Positions 50,075 to 58,909 of a DNA stretch of 64,000 nt are shown here, piece by piece. How positions within the stretch are numbered: position 1 is the first letter of the stretch; every line of letters begins with the position of its first letter. The notes under the pieces were generated by a model, which saw only the letters and a program-made list of their open reading frames with translations, was not told the DNA's origin and did not search any database. Position numbers and translations under genes: made by a program. Where the stretch lies: the IMG/VR virus record IMGVR_UViG_3300032271_000867, positions 24,413-88,412 of that record; one strand, written 5' to 3'. Origin of the DNA: a virus.

Positions 50075-50893
50075 TTAAGCAAACTTGGTAATAGTAATGT
50101 CAGCTGAACCAGTAATGGAGTTAGCTGCAGGAGCTACGCTCTGTGAGAACACAGTTCCTGATACACCTACAACTGAACCAGTCAAAGTTGACTGTGAAAC
50201 AGCGGTAGAGTTTAGCGAAGTAATTGAGAAGCTGTTAGTAGCGTTAGCAGTAACAACCCAAGTACCATTAAACTCGGTGTTTGGTGAAACGAGCGCTGAA
50301 ACAGTCACTTTGGTACCTACTGGGTACTGAGCACCTGCACCAGTAGCAGTCAAAACTGCAGTGGTTGAACCAGCAGTGCGAGCAATAGCAGTCACTGTGA
50401 TAGCGGTGTTAGTCTGGCTAGTACCGTTTACCTTGATATTTGCGTTCTGATAGCCTGCATCACGAAGACCGTCCTGAGCTGCATAAGCATACAAGGTAGT
50501 GCTTACACCAGAAAGGGTGACAGTTGTATCAGTAGTAGCTGCGTTCAACCCTAAAACGTTAGGTACAACGATGTATGGGGTGTAGTTGTAGGCACTTCCT
50601 GTAAACTCACCTAAGTCATTTGGAGTGTATAGAGGGTAACCGTTCCATCCACCAAGAATGATGTCATGGTTGTCCTTACCTGGAACAAGTCGTTTGCTAC
50701 CACCAGTTACTGGATCAGTAGTGGTAGTTGAAGTAGCAGTGTCAGTAAGGGAAGTGCGAAGGTCGTTAGGTTGAGCTGCCATGTTTCCCCATACAAAATC
50801 AATCTGAACGTTACCGCCAGTGTCAAGTGCGTGACCGCTATTTGTAGTTTTAACTCCTAGACCACTAACAGTGGTTCCATTTCCTAGGCTCAT
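50075..50893 (-). CDS. Thr-rich putative virion protein (PASTA-like elements)
   Basis: VVPNVLGL and GTV.SQSVAP..ITITKFA flanking an Ig-like insert; followed by a terminator. Confidence 0.6.
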   Translation of the reverse strand: MSLGNGTTVSGLGVKTTNSGHALDTGGNVQIDFVWGNMAAQPNDLRTSLTDTATSTTTTDPVTGGSKRLVPGKDNHDIILGGWNGYPLYTPNDLGEFTGSAYNYTPYIVVPNVLGLNAATTDTTVTLSGVSTTLYAYAAQDGLRDAGYQNANIKVNGTSQTNTAITVTAIARTAGSTTAVLTATGAGAQYPVGTKVTVSALVSPNTEFNGTWVVTANATNSFSITSLNSTAVSQSTLTGSVVGVSGTVFSQSVAPAANSITGSADITITKFA

Positions 50894-50950
50894 AATTTTT
50901 TTTCTTTCTCTAGAGTTTTTTTTGTTACTTTCCCTCGTCAGGGAAATCTT

Positions 50951-51190
50951 TTAAATTATAAATTGCTCTTCACAAAGATGTTCATTTAATTCATCTTCAA
51001 ATAGAAATTCTTTACAATCTCTACATCTAAACATTTTCGTGTCTTGTTCTTCTACGTCTTGTTGAGCCGGAGAATGATCATATACAACTTTTGTTTGCAT
51101 ATATATTTCACGTGGAAATGGGCCTAATGCTGGACGATATCCATTTGGAACAGCATGAGCTTGAATAGCTTGTTTACGGATTAGTGTCAT
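50951..51190 (-). CDS. Small Zn-finger protein
   Basis: FRCRDC...NEHLC. Confidence 0.55.
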   Translation of the reverse strand: MTLIRKQAIQAHAVPNGYRPALGPFPREIYMQTKVVYDHSPAQQDVEEQDTKMFRCRDCKEFLFEDELNEHLCEEQFII

Positions 51191-51371
51191 TGGTAGTAGT
51201 TTTAGTTGATTTCTTGCTTACTGAAGTATCTTCTATAGGAGTAGTCTCAATAATAGTTACTTTGTTTACAAGACTTCTAGGTAAATGATACGCACAATAC
51301 TTAATTGAAAAATCATTGGTAATAGCGTAATCATAAAACGCATCGGCATTGCAGTTGGCACATGTTGGCAT
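51174..51371 (-). CDS. Small Zn-binding protein
   Basis: CANC...YCAYHLP; AAGGAG SD. Confidence 0.6.
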   Translation of the reverse strand: MPTCANCNADAFYDYAITNDFSIKYCAYHLPRSLVNKVTIIETTPIEDTSVSKKSTKTTTNDTNP

Positions 51372-51430
51372 AGTTACTCCTTATCTTAAATAAGGTTGCC
51401 AAACTTTTATAGTTTTGTCAGTATGAACCA

Positions 51431-51775
51431 TTATTCATCTGAAATGTTATTTGTTTGATTTTTAGCTTTTTTTAAAAGAGGATAAATTGAATTTACTCTA
51501 AATTTGGGGTCTATTAACTTTTCTCTCCTTTTTTGTTCTTGTAGATTTGCTTTTTCTGCAGTCGTAAATTTTTTACGAAGAACTTGCTCAGTTTCATCTG
51601 TCCGTTTATGCCATGCATTTAAAGCATTGCCATATTCGGGGTCTGAAAATAACCTAATAAATTTAGTAGTATGATTAGCATGTTTTTCTAGCAACTCATC
51701 AGACCATGTAGATGGGTCATTAGGGTCAGTGTCTTTAGTGACCCCTAATTTTTTAAGAAATTCAGGAAGTTCCAT
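51431..51775 (-). CDS. Hypothetical protein, TDPNDPSTWS paralog family
   Basis: N-terminus MELPEFLKKLGVTKDTDPNDPSTWSDELLEKHANH shared with two neighbours. Confidence 0.7.
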   Translation of the reverse strand: MELPEFLKKLGVTKDTDPNDPSTWSDELLEKHANHTTKFIRLFSDPEYGNALNAWHKRTDETEQVLRKKFTTAEKANLQEQKRREKLIDPKFRVNSIYPLLKKAKNQTNNISDE

Positions 51776-52462
51776 TTAATCGTATTTATTTTCTTGTCTG
51801 GGAAGAACTTTTAGATTATTGCCGACAGCTAAATAGTGTTCATTAAATTGGCTATTTCTTTTAGCAATACCTTGGACAAGGTTATCCAAATGTGTTTCAA
51901 AAGAATCGTTCATAGACAGTTGAATTGGATCAGTATGATGTCCAAAATGTCCAGATATATGATGAAAACTACCAATTTTTCCAAAAGAGTTATATTCTAA
52001 AGCATTTTGTTTAGGTTTACCATTTTCAAAAAATTTACTTTGAATTTCATCTTTTGACCAACTTCCATCAGGATTAGCATATATTGGAGCAACTTTTGCT
52101 CGAAGTTTATCAATAGGAAGTCCCTCTACTAATGGTTTTGGACTAGTGTAATTAGCTATTTTATGGCCAAATTCATTAGTTTTAATTTTAAATAAACTTC
52201 TAATTTTTTCAGGATCAGTTTCATATGGACCAGTAATTAATCCATTATTACTTTTGTTTTTTATTTGAGTAATGTTTTCGGCACGACTTGTAAATTTAGG
52301 ACCAATTTTTGCATAAAGTGCTGGATTGTTTTGACGCATTTTTTCAAGATGTTTTGCGTGGTTTAATGTCAACTCTGCAGACCAAGTACTAGGATCATTA
52401 GGGTCAGTGTCATCCCTAACTCCTAATCTAGATAATCTATAAACATCAAAATTATATGCCAT
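51776..52462 (-). CDS. Hypothetical protein, TDPNDPSTWS paralog family
   Basis: LSRLGVRDDTDPNDPSTWSAELTLNHAKH. Confidence 0.7.
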   Translation of the reverse strand: MAYNFDVYRLSRLGVRDDTDPNDPSTWSAELTLNHAKHLEKMRQNNPALYAKIGPKFTSRAENITQIKNKSNNGLITGPYETDPEKIRSLFKIKTNEFGHKIANYTSPKPLVEGLPIDKLRAKVAPIYANPDGSWSKDEIQSKFFENGKPKQNALEYNSFGKIGSFHHISGHFGHHTDPIQLSMNDSFETHLDNLVQGIAKRNSQFNEHYLAVGNNLKVLPRQENKYD

Positions 52463-53100
52463 TAGTCTTTCTTTTCAGTAGACTGTCTATTGCCTTCTGC
52501 CATCTGAGATAAAATAATTGCATCTTGCATATTTTTAAAACGAGCACTTGCAGATGACATTGGCGTTCTAGGCGATGTTGGAAATTTTCTTTCAAATGAC
52601 TCAATATCACTAGGAAACTCTTCAATAGGTTGACCGTTATCCATAGTAATCTTAAAGGTAGAAGTAGGAGCACTATCAAATAAGTCTTTTCTTATAGAAG
52701 TTTTTCTTAAAGTAGACTTAAAATCTTTTTTAGGTTTATCTGAAGTAGGTGGAGTCCAATTTGGGTCATCTTTAGCCCAAAAAGGGTTACTTCCACCAAA
52801 AGTTGGGGAAGTTGGTGTGTCAGTGATGGGCTCTTCTGCAGTAGATTTTTCTACAGTAACTGGTTCTTCTACGATGGACTCTTTTGTTGGAGTTGCCGGC
52901 CCTGTTACTTCAGGCGTAGTTGATTCTGTTAAAGGGGTTTTACTAGCTGCCACGTTAACATAGGCTTCAGGATTACTTTCTTTTAAAACTTCTAGATGAC
53001 TTGCATGCTTTGATTTTAAAGTGTCAGACCAAGTATTTGGGTTATTAGGATCAGTATACTCATCAATTCCTAATTTTTTAAGAAATTCAGGAAGTTCCAT
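52462..53100 (-). CDS. Hypothetical protein, TDPNDPSTWS paralog family, Pro/Thr-rich
   Basis: MELPEFLKKLGIDEYTDPNNPNTWSDTLKSKHASH. Confidence 0.7.
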   Translation of the reverse strand: MELPEFLKKLGIDEYTDPNNPNTWSDTLKSKHASHLEVLKESNPEAYVNVAASKTPLTESTTPEVTGPATPTKESIVEEPVTVEKSTAEEPITDTPTSPTFGGSNPFWAKDDPNWTPPTSDKPKKDFKSTLRKTSIRKDLFDSAPTSTFKITMDNGQPIEEFPSDIESFERKFPTSPRTPMSSASARFKNMQDAIILSQMAEGNRQSTEKKD

Positions 53101-54173
53101 TAGCTATTCTTTACCTCGTTGAATACGTTGAGCGAATGCTGGCACCAACCATTTGGTTGAATAGCGTGTTTAGCGTGAATATCTTCAGGAGTATTTTCGT
53201 AATTACCACACCAAGTACACTGAACTTGGTTACCTGCAGGTTCATACGACCCGGCACCTTTAGTGTGACGGAATGCGGGGCCAGAAACTGCTGCAGTGGG
53301 GGCTTGTGGAATTGGAGCAGGTTCTCTAGAAGCTGAAGAAACAGGTGCAGGAGAACTTTCTTCATGCTCTTCTTCATCATGGTCTTCGTGATCAGGCTCA
53401 TTATAATCATTGTGAACAGCAGAGTATGACTCATGCATAGGGCCATTTCCCATAGGTGCTTGTTCTGAAGAACTGCGTGATGTTCTAGCTAATTCATCTG
53501 CATCTTTATCAGCTTGAAGCTTACGAGCCCAATCATAAGCGTCCTGACGCTGCAATCGTTCAAATCCAAACTCAGAGTTACGACTTCTTCTTTCTGCAGC
53601 TTCTTTGTCCGTTTGTTCAAGAAGAGAACTATTACGATCAAATCGGGCATCTCTAGCTTTATTAGCGTATTCTTCATCCGCAGTCTTAGGCATAACAGCA
53701 TTTTGATTGCGAATAGTCTCAGCTTTAGCCATTTCAGTTGGAGCAAATCGTTCAATAGATGAAGAACCAGCAGTATTTTTTTCAGTATCAACGTTAAAAG
53801 TTTTAAAGTCTGAATTTGCAGCCATAGCAGCAGCATGAGCTTTAAGAGTGCTTCTAGTTTGACGTCCCTGAGCAGTTAACTCATTAACTCGGTTAATGCC
53901 CTCTTGCTCAGATTTACCTAATGCTACAGCACCATTTACTAGTGAATCGTGTTTTCTAGCTTCTAATTCAGCATCAATAGCAGCAAGTTTTACTTTTAGG
54001 TCTTTTTGGTGGCCCATAGCTTGTGCAACAGCGCCAATATTTCCCCCAGCACCATTGTTACGGCCCGCTTGCCATTTGTTTACCATGTCTAACATACTGC
54101 CAATTGATCCTTTGTTTACAAGATCATTAGCATCTGGACCTTGGCTACGCCAATTCTTAAAATCTCCAGCCAT
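53100..54173 (-). CDS. Hypothetical low-complexity protein with His/Glu tract and C-terminal CxxC
   Basis: 357 aa; DHEDHDEEEHEE; CTWC..H..C. Confidence 0.65.
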   Translation of the reverse strand: MAGDFKNWRSQGPDANDLVNKGSIGSMLDMVNKWQAGRNNGAGGNIGAVAQAMGHQKDLKVKLAAIDAELEARKHDSLVNGAVALGKSEQEGINRVNELTAQGRQTRSTLKAHAAAMAANSDFKTFNVDTEKNTAGSSSIERFAPTEMAKAETIRNQNAVMPKTADEEYANKARDARFDRNSSLLEQTDKEAAERRSRNSEFGFERLQRQDAYDWARKLQADKDADELARTSRSSSEQAPMGNGPMHESYSAVHNDYNEPDHEDHDEEEHEESSPAPVSSASREPAPIPQAPTAAVSGPAFRHTKGAGSYEPAGNQVQCTWCGNYENTPEDIHAKHAIQPNGWCQHSLNVFNEVKNS

Positions 54174-54182
54174 TGTTTATAC

Positions 54183-54557
54183 CTATCTTTTAAAATTTGT
54201 CATACTTGATTCTAGCTTTTCAATACGTTTTTCGTTCTGTAAAAAACGGTCATTACCCTCATCAAGTCTAAATTTAACTTCTTTTATATCTTTATGCATT
54301 TCATCCATAGAATCTTTCATAGATGATCCGCCATTATTTTTAAATTGACCATCTATAGCATTAAGTCTTTCCATTACCCCAGGAACTGCAACTCTACCAG
54401 GAGTAGCTTCTTCTCCAAACCAATCTCTAGTAAATAAATCTAAAGAGTTTATTAAAGTTTTAAGTCTTTTAAACACAGGAGTTATTACTTTCCAAATAAC
54501 TCCCAAAGCTCCACCAACAGCAATTATTGTGGCAGACCACCAAAGAACCTGGTCCAT
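54183..54557 (-). CDS. Membrane protein with C-terminal coiled coil (lysis-cassette neighbour)
   Basis: One N-terminal TM; NNGGSSMKD motif common in actinophage membrane proteins. Confidence 0.7.
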   Translation of the reverse strand: MDQVLWWSATIIAVGGALGVIWKVITPVFKRLKTLINSLDLFTRDWFGEEATPGRVAVPGVMERLNAIDGQFKNNGGSSMKDSMDEMHKDIKEVKFRLDEGNDRFLQNEKRIEKLESSMTNFKR

Positions 54558-54746
54558 TTACTTTCCTACTACTCGTCCACCACCAAAACCTTCTGAGTTT
54601 TGACGGCCTTGCCTAGCCCATAATCTAATTGAAGGTTTTTCTTTAGATTTAGGGTATTTAATGTAGAGAACCTCTGACGACCTAAATTCTTGTATTAAGC
54701 TATTAGCTGTACGGTTATTAGGCGCCAGAGGTTTTCTATCTAACAT
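54558..54746 (-). CDS. Hypothetical protein
   Basis: 62 aa; fills the operon gap with a TAATG-coupled start. Confidence 0.5.
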   Translation of the reverse strand: MLDRKPLAPNNRTANSLIQEFRSSEVLYIKYPKSKEKPSIRLWARQGRQNSEGFGGGRVVGK

Positions 54747-55093
54747 TACTTAGTTGGTGCGTATGGATCTGGTTGAACACCAGGAGTAACTGGTGCAGTT
54801 GCAGCAACTGAAGGTTGGTCTACTGCCTGAATAGCAACTGACGCTGGATCAGAAGCTCCTTTTAGCTGTAGCGTCTGAGTAAATGCAGCGTTAATTTCTG
54901 CAGAGCTCAACTTTCCATCCTCTAGGAAAGCAATTGACAAAAGACGAATAACTTCAGCTACGGCTAAAATACCGCCTAATGATGCAGAGATAACTGGATT
55001 AACTCCGCTAATGGCTCCAGCACCAATAACGCCGAGAGCATTAGCAACGAAGGTAGCAATAATGCGAAGAAAGACATTACCAAAAATTTTCAT
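54746..55093 (-). CDS. Putative holin
   Basis: Two TM segments, AFLEDGKLS..EINAAF; directly after the endolysin; AAGGAG SD. Confidence 0.65.
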   Translation of the reverse strand: MKIFGNVFLRIIATFVANALGVIGAGAISGVNPVISASLGGILAVAEVIRLLSIAFLEDGKLSSAEINAAFTQTLQLKGASDPASVAIQAVDQPSVAATAPVTPGVQPDPYAPTK

Positions 55094-55101
55094 GATTCTC
55101 C

Positions 55102-55653
55102 TTACGCAGTTGGGGTTTCAGCAGTTGCAACGCCTGGGTGGGCGTGTGCAGTTTGTTGATCAGCGTGAACAACAGGGGTGTGAAGAACAGGTTCTGCAAA
55201 TTTTACAGGGCGACCAAAACCAGTAATCCATTGAGCACCAACAGTATTTACAGTTACGATACCTGGAATAACTTTGCCAGTGTCAGCAGAAACATAGGTT
55301 ACGGTTTTCTTGTGTGGATTAACCGAAATAACCATACCAATGTGGTCAGTGTTGGTGTTACGACCAATACCCTTACCAGATTCCCAGTCAAAAATAACTG
55401 CGTCACCAGGAAGTACGTGGTTAAAATCGGTGTGCCAGGTTTTGTTGTGCAAGCACAAATCACGCATAACGTGGCACGATACAACTACAGGACGAAGACC
55501 TGAGAAGTACGAATAAGCAAGGGCACAGTCATAAAAACCGTGAACACGGTTAGGAAAACCGTGAGTAGTTCCATTTAACCAAGGAAGTTCAGTACGAGGT
55601 TTTCCAAGGAATGATTTGAAATGCTCAATAGCATCGTGTGCAGTAATCGACAT
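55102..55653 (-). CDS. CHAP/NlpC-P60-type endolysin
   Basis: YDCALAYS (Cys), PGDAVIFDW, TDHIGMV (His), ITGFGRP. Confidence 0.8.
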   Translation of the reverse strand: MSITAHDAIEHFKSFLGKPRTELPWLNGTTHGFPNRVHGFYDCALAYSYFSGLRPVVVSCHVMRDLCLHNKTWHTDFNHVLPGDAVIFDWESGKGIGRNTNTDHIGMVISVNPHKKTVTYVSADTGKVIPGIVTVNTVGAQWITGFGRPVKFAEPVLHTPVVHADQQTAHAHPGVATAETPTA

Positions 55654-55687
55654 TTGTATCCTTTCAAGACATTACTATTGTCGGGTA

Positions 55688-55852
55688 TTATTCATCTTTT
55701 CGCAGTGGAAACGTAATCACCCAAATAAACATGGTGATAACAATTCCCCATCCCACAATTACTTGGGGAGTTCCATCAAGAACAAGCCAAGCAGCACCCA
55801 TACCTAGCAATGTCCAAACCTGGTTAATAATGTCGTTAAAAAATTTTTTCAT
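55688..55852 (-). CDS. Small 2-TM membrane protein (54 aa, not in track)
   Basis: MKKFFNDIINQVWTLLGMGAAWLVLDGTPQVIVGWGIVITMFIWVITFPLRKDE; TAATG coupling. Confidence 0.7.
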   Translation of the reverse strand: MKKFFNDIINQVWTLLGMGAAWLVLDGTPQVIVGWGIVITMFIWVITFPLRKDE

Positions 55853-56571
55853 TATTTTCGCTTTCTAATCATTGATGCGGTAGTAGCGATTTGAGAAACA
55901 ATAACTGTTGCAACTATTACTTTTTGACCTTTTTTACGAGCTTCTGGACTTATTTCTTTCCATCCTATAGAATTAGAGGATGAAAGTTTATGAAATTTTG
56001 GTTCCTGTGACGGTGTTGGTGTTGTTGTCGGCTCTACTAGTGTTGGCGATGGGCTTGGTGTTTGTACTAACTCAGGGGTGGGTGTTCCTACTGTTGCCAC
56101 TGGTGTGGGCATTATTTTTGTGGGTATTTGGGAAGGTGTTGGATTACTTTTGGGAGTTGGGGAGATTAAGGTAGCCTGAATAGTGTAAGCAAGTACTTGG
56201 GAGTATTCAGGACAAGGATTTCCGTAAATAGCAGGATCAGCTGAAATAACTACTGAAGTTTTGCCGTTAATTAAATTAAACAATTTATACATGGTACTAA
56301 ATGACGTTGTACATGTAGGATCTATGTTTAAATTAAAATTATTATCAAAATATGGTTTACCAAAATCTGCCCAAACAACATTTGAAAAAACATATCCTTC
56401 TGGAGCGTCAACTTGCATTGAAATTCCCTCAGTATACATATAAGTAAATTTAGCTGGAGGGTAATAATTAGGGCCAGTATCTTGGCCAAAGGCTGGTATT
56501 ACAGCTAGTAAAGGTGCAAAAGCAAAAAATAGTATAACGATTATTACTGCGATTTTACGCAGTTTATTCAA
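55852..56571 (-). CDS. Exported/membrane-anchored protein with SUEL-type lectin-like domain and Pro/Thr stalk
   Basis: Signal peptide; VVWADFGKP..C..GKTSVVISADPAIYGNPCP; PT-rich linker; C-terminal hydrophobic segment and basic tail. Confidence 0.65.
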   Translation of the reverse strand: MNKLRKIAVIIVILFFAFAPLLAVIPAFGQDTGPNYYPPAKFTYMYTEGISMQVDAPEGYVFSNVVWADFGKPYFDNNFNLNIDPTCTTSFSTMYKLFNLINGKTSVVISADPAIYGNPCPEYSQVLAYTIQATLISPTPKSNPTPSQIPTKIMPTPVATVGTPTPELVQTPSPSPTLVEPTTTPTPSQEPKFHKLSSSNSIGWKEISPEARKKGQKVIVATVIVSQIATTASMIRKRK

Positions 56572-56580
56572 TCAGTCTCC

Positions 56581-56835
56581 TTAAAAAGTAACTCCACCAT
56601 CAGGATAAGGTATAGCAGCTCCTGCTCCTCCACCAACTTTAGAAAATGCCATTTCTTTGACAGCATCTAAATTTGACCCAGTTTCAGTCGCAATATTTGG
56701 TAATCCTACTACTCCTGAAATATACGCAGGATACCCTTTCCAGTACTCTCCAATACCACTATATGGACCTGCTGAATATACTTCGGTATTCATGGCTTGT
56801 CTATAAGGGTCTAATTGACTTGGTTTTGGTATCAT
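56581..56835 (-). CDS. Hypothetical protein
   Basis: 84 aa, ATGA-coupled. Confidence 0.5.
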   Translation of the reverse strand: MIPKPSQLDPYRQAMNTEVYSAGPYSGIGEYWKGYPAYISGVVGLPNIATETGSNLDAVKEMAFSKVGGGAGAAIPYPDGGVTF

Positions 56836-56903
56836 TCGTCTTCGTCATCTTCGTCAATGAAAATAAAGTCTTCATCGCCCTCGTCTTCAAGTTCATTCCA
56901 CAT
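56832..56903 (-). CDS. 23-aa acidic micro-ORF (not in track)
   Basis: MWNELEDEGDEDFIFIDEDDEDE; TAATG-coupled start and ATGA-coupled stop. Confidence 0.5.
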   Translation of the reverse strand: MWNELEDEGDEDFIFIDEDDEDE

Positions 56904-57253
56904 TAAAAACCACCAAATGATCCAAAAGTATTGTTTGGATTATTCCCAAATTGACTACGAGATAAATTTTTTGATACTGCATTAGCCATACCTAATGCCA
57001 CACCTACTTTTGCAGTCCTTACAACATTTCTAAAAGGTTTATCTAATTGGCCAGCTCTAGCAGCAGTATCAAAACTTTGTCCTGCTTGTTTAATTACATT
57101 TCCAACTTGCTCAGTAATTGGGTGGTTTAAAAACCCACCAACTTTACCTCCACCAGTTTTGATGGCATTAAAACTTGGTTTAGCAGCTTGAAAAGCAGGT
57201 TTAACAGCATCTGCTGCACCTTTATAAATTGCACTAAATGGTAGACTTGCCAT
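56903..57253 (-). CDS. Hypothetical Ala/Gly-rich protein with NLSRSQF near the C-terminus
   Basis: 116 aa; AGGA SD. Confidence 0.6.
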   Translation of the reverse strand: MASLPFSAIYKGAADAVKPAFQAAKPSFNAIKTGGGKVGGFLNHPITEQVGNVIKQAGQSFDTAARAGQLDKPFRNVVRTAKVGVALGMANAVSKNLSRSQFGNNPNNTFGSFGGF

Positions 57254-57354
57254 TATCGATTCCTAATTCCTGAAGTATTGTTATTTGGAATATAAATTCC
57301 TAAGTTAGTTCTAGGGCCACCAAACATGCCGGTTACTTGTGACATAGAGATCAT
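57253..57354 (-). CDS. 33-aa micro-ORF (not in track)
   Basis: MISMSQVTGMFGGPRTNLGIYIPNNNTSGIRNR; TAATG-coupled at both ends. Confidence 0.45.
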   Translation of the reverse strand: MISMSQVTGMFGGPRTNLGIYIPNNNTSGIRNR

Positions 57355-57566
57355 TAGCCTTCTCCAATAAACGCTTGCTTACCAGCAGTGTAGCCGGCAA
57401 AAGAATTACTATCTGCTTGATTGCTTGGGTCTTTTAAACCATTTCCATCAAATTTGTTTGACATTGGAGTAGCAGATTTTAAACCGGAAGAACCTGTGCC
57501 GGTACAGCCTTCTCTAAGAGGATCACAAGCATAAGCGCCTGTTCTCATTTCATCATTACAAGACAT
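57354..57566 (-). CDS. Hypothetical protein
   Basis: ATG 57566 preferred over the TTG in the track. Confidence 0.5.
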   Translation of the reverse strand: MSCNDEMRTGAYACDPLREGCTGTGSSGLKSATPMSNKFDGNGLKDPSNQADSNSFAGYTAGKQAFIGEG

Positions 57567-57606
57567 ACTAGTTCTTTCAATAAGTTTATATCTATAGTAT
57601 GACAAT

Positions 57607-57648
57607 AAAAAAAGACCCTTGCAGCGTAATCTACAAGGGTTCTTTTTT
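57607..57648 (-). terminator. Rho-independent terminator after tRNA-Leu
   Basis: Minus ACCCTTGTAG-ATTACG-CTGCAAGGGT-CTTTTTTT. Confidence 0.85.
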
Positions 57649-57677
57649 ATTTATTGTTTAGTTTAGCAATAATGCAG

Positions 57678-57758
57678 TACTCGAAACGGGACTTGAACCC
57701 GTATGCCCAGGGCGGTTGATTTTAAGTCAACTGTGTATACCGATTCCACCATTCGAGC
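57678..57758 (-). tRNA. tRNA-Leu (UAA), CCA not encoded
   Basis: GCTCGAA/TTCGAGT acceptor, D arm TGGTGGAATCGGTATACAC, GTTGA-CTTAAAA-TCAAC, variable arm, ACGGG-TTCAAGT-CCCGT, A73. Confidence 0.95.
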
Positions 57759-57764
57759 TTAAAA

Positions 57765-58211
57765 CTAGTCTAGCTCATCAATATAAAGCTCTGTAACATC
57801 TAGACCTTCACTGATAGCTACTCTTCTAAAAAAACTTCGATTAGCATGACAATTAGCACATACTAATTCGCATTTAGCCATTTCAGAAATTACAACATCT
57901 ATATCTTTTGTGTAAGATTTAAAATTTGCTATATTAAATAGTTTAGTTACACCAGGTAAATGATCAAACTGCATTATCCAATAACTGTATTTATTTCCAC
58001 AATCTGCACAAGGATTATTTTCTTTATACTCTCTTACCATTTCTCTAATGGCAGTTTCTAAAGTTTTAGTTCTGACCTTAGTTTTATCAGGTTGATCTTC
58101 TCCTAAATAATAAGAAATAGTACTTTTAGAACAACCTAATTTTGCTTTTATTTGACTATAAGTTAACCCTTGTTCTCTGAGTTCTCTAATTGACTTTTCT
58201 AGTTCAGTCAT
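57765..58211 (-). CDS. HTH + HNH homing-type endonuclease
   Basis: GLTYSQIKAKLGCSKSTISYY HTH; CADC..QFDH..KCELVCANCHANR. Confidence 0.85.
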   Translation of the reverse strand: MTELEKSIRELREQGLTYSQIKAKLGCSKSTISYYLGEDQPDKTKVRTKTLETAIREMVREYKENNPCADCGNKYSYWIMQFDHLPGVTKLFNIANFKSYTKDIDVVISEMAKCELVCANCHANRSFFRRVAISEGLDVTELYIDELD

Positions 58212-58213
58212 TA

Positions 58214-58315
58214 TTAAACTCTGACTAGCCTGCGCTTTGCTGGATCAAACATCTTTGGATGTTTTTTACTTGCCTTACCATTATTACGGTCTGAATTACG
58301 GGCACCTTTTGCCAT
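58214..58315 (-). CDS. 33-aa basic peptide (not in track)
   Basis: MAKGARNSDRNNGKASKKHPKMFDPAKRRLVRV; AAGGAG SD, upstream TATACT -10 and 5' hairpin. Confidence 0.65.
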   Translation of the reverse strand: MAKGARNSDRNNGKASKKHPKMFDPAKRRLVRV

Positions 58316-58377
58316 GTTTATTTCTCCTTAATGTTGCAGGAATACACCTGCTACATATAAGTATACAGTAAAAATTG

Positions 58378-58450
58378 CTGACCTACCTGGATTCGAACCA
58401 GGAACCTTAGAGTTAACAGCTCTCTGCGATGCCAATTTCGCCATAGGTCA
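58378..58450 (-). tRNA. tRNA-Asn (GUU), CCA not encoded
   Basis: TGACCTA/TAGGTCA acceptor, G73, AGAG-CTGTTAA-CTCT, CCTGG-TTCGAAT-CCAGG. Confidence 0.93.
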
Positions 58451-58458
58451 ATATTAAG

Positions 58459-58890
58459 TTATGAGATATATTCTAGTAGGTTTTTTATGTTTTGTGTACT
58501 ATCTTTTAAAATACCTAACGCAACATTGCATGGAAAACATAGCACACCACGAACACAACTTCCACAAGAAAAACGTTTATTACAGCAAGAATGATCATGA
58601 TCAATGTTAACTGCTTCATTTACTTTACAGGCATGGCAGTTACCCTCGTATAAAGCTAATAACTCATTGTACTTTTCTTCAGTTAGTTTATGTCGTTTCC
58701 AGTTAGTTCTGTAAGTAGAACTCATTTGTACTTTTTCAGCGTATTTTTCAGGATTATCTTTATAATACTGAGAAACATAAGTTGAATGACATTTTTTACA
58801 AATGTTTCTTCGTCCATCTACATATTTTGCACCTTTGGCAAACAATTCTAGATCTTTATCTTCGTTGCATTTATTACACGTTTTTATCAT
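58459..58890 (-). CDS. Endonuclease VII-like (His-Me finger) homing-type endonuclease
   Basis: KTCNKC..CKKC N-terminal; CHAC..IDHDH..VRGVLCFPCNVALG. Confidence 0.88.
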   Translation of the reverse strand: MIKTCNKCNEDKDLELFAKGAKYVDGRRNICKKCHSTYVSQYYKDNPEKYAEKVQMSSTYRTNWKRHKLTEEKYNELLALYEGNCHACKVNEAVNIDHDHSCCNKRFSCGSCVRGVLCFPCNVALGILKDSTQNIKNLLEYIS

Positions 58891-58909
58891 AAAAACAGTA
58901 TAGCATTAG

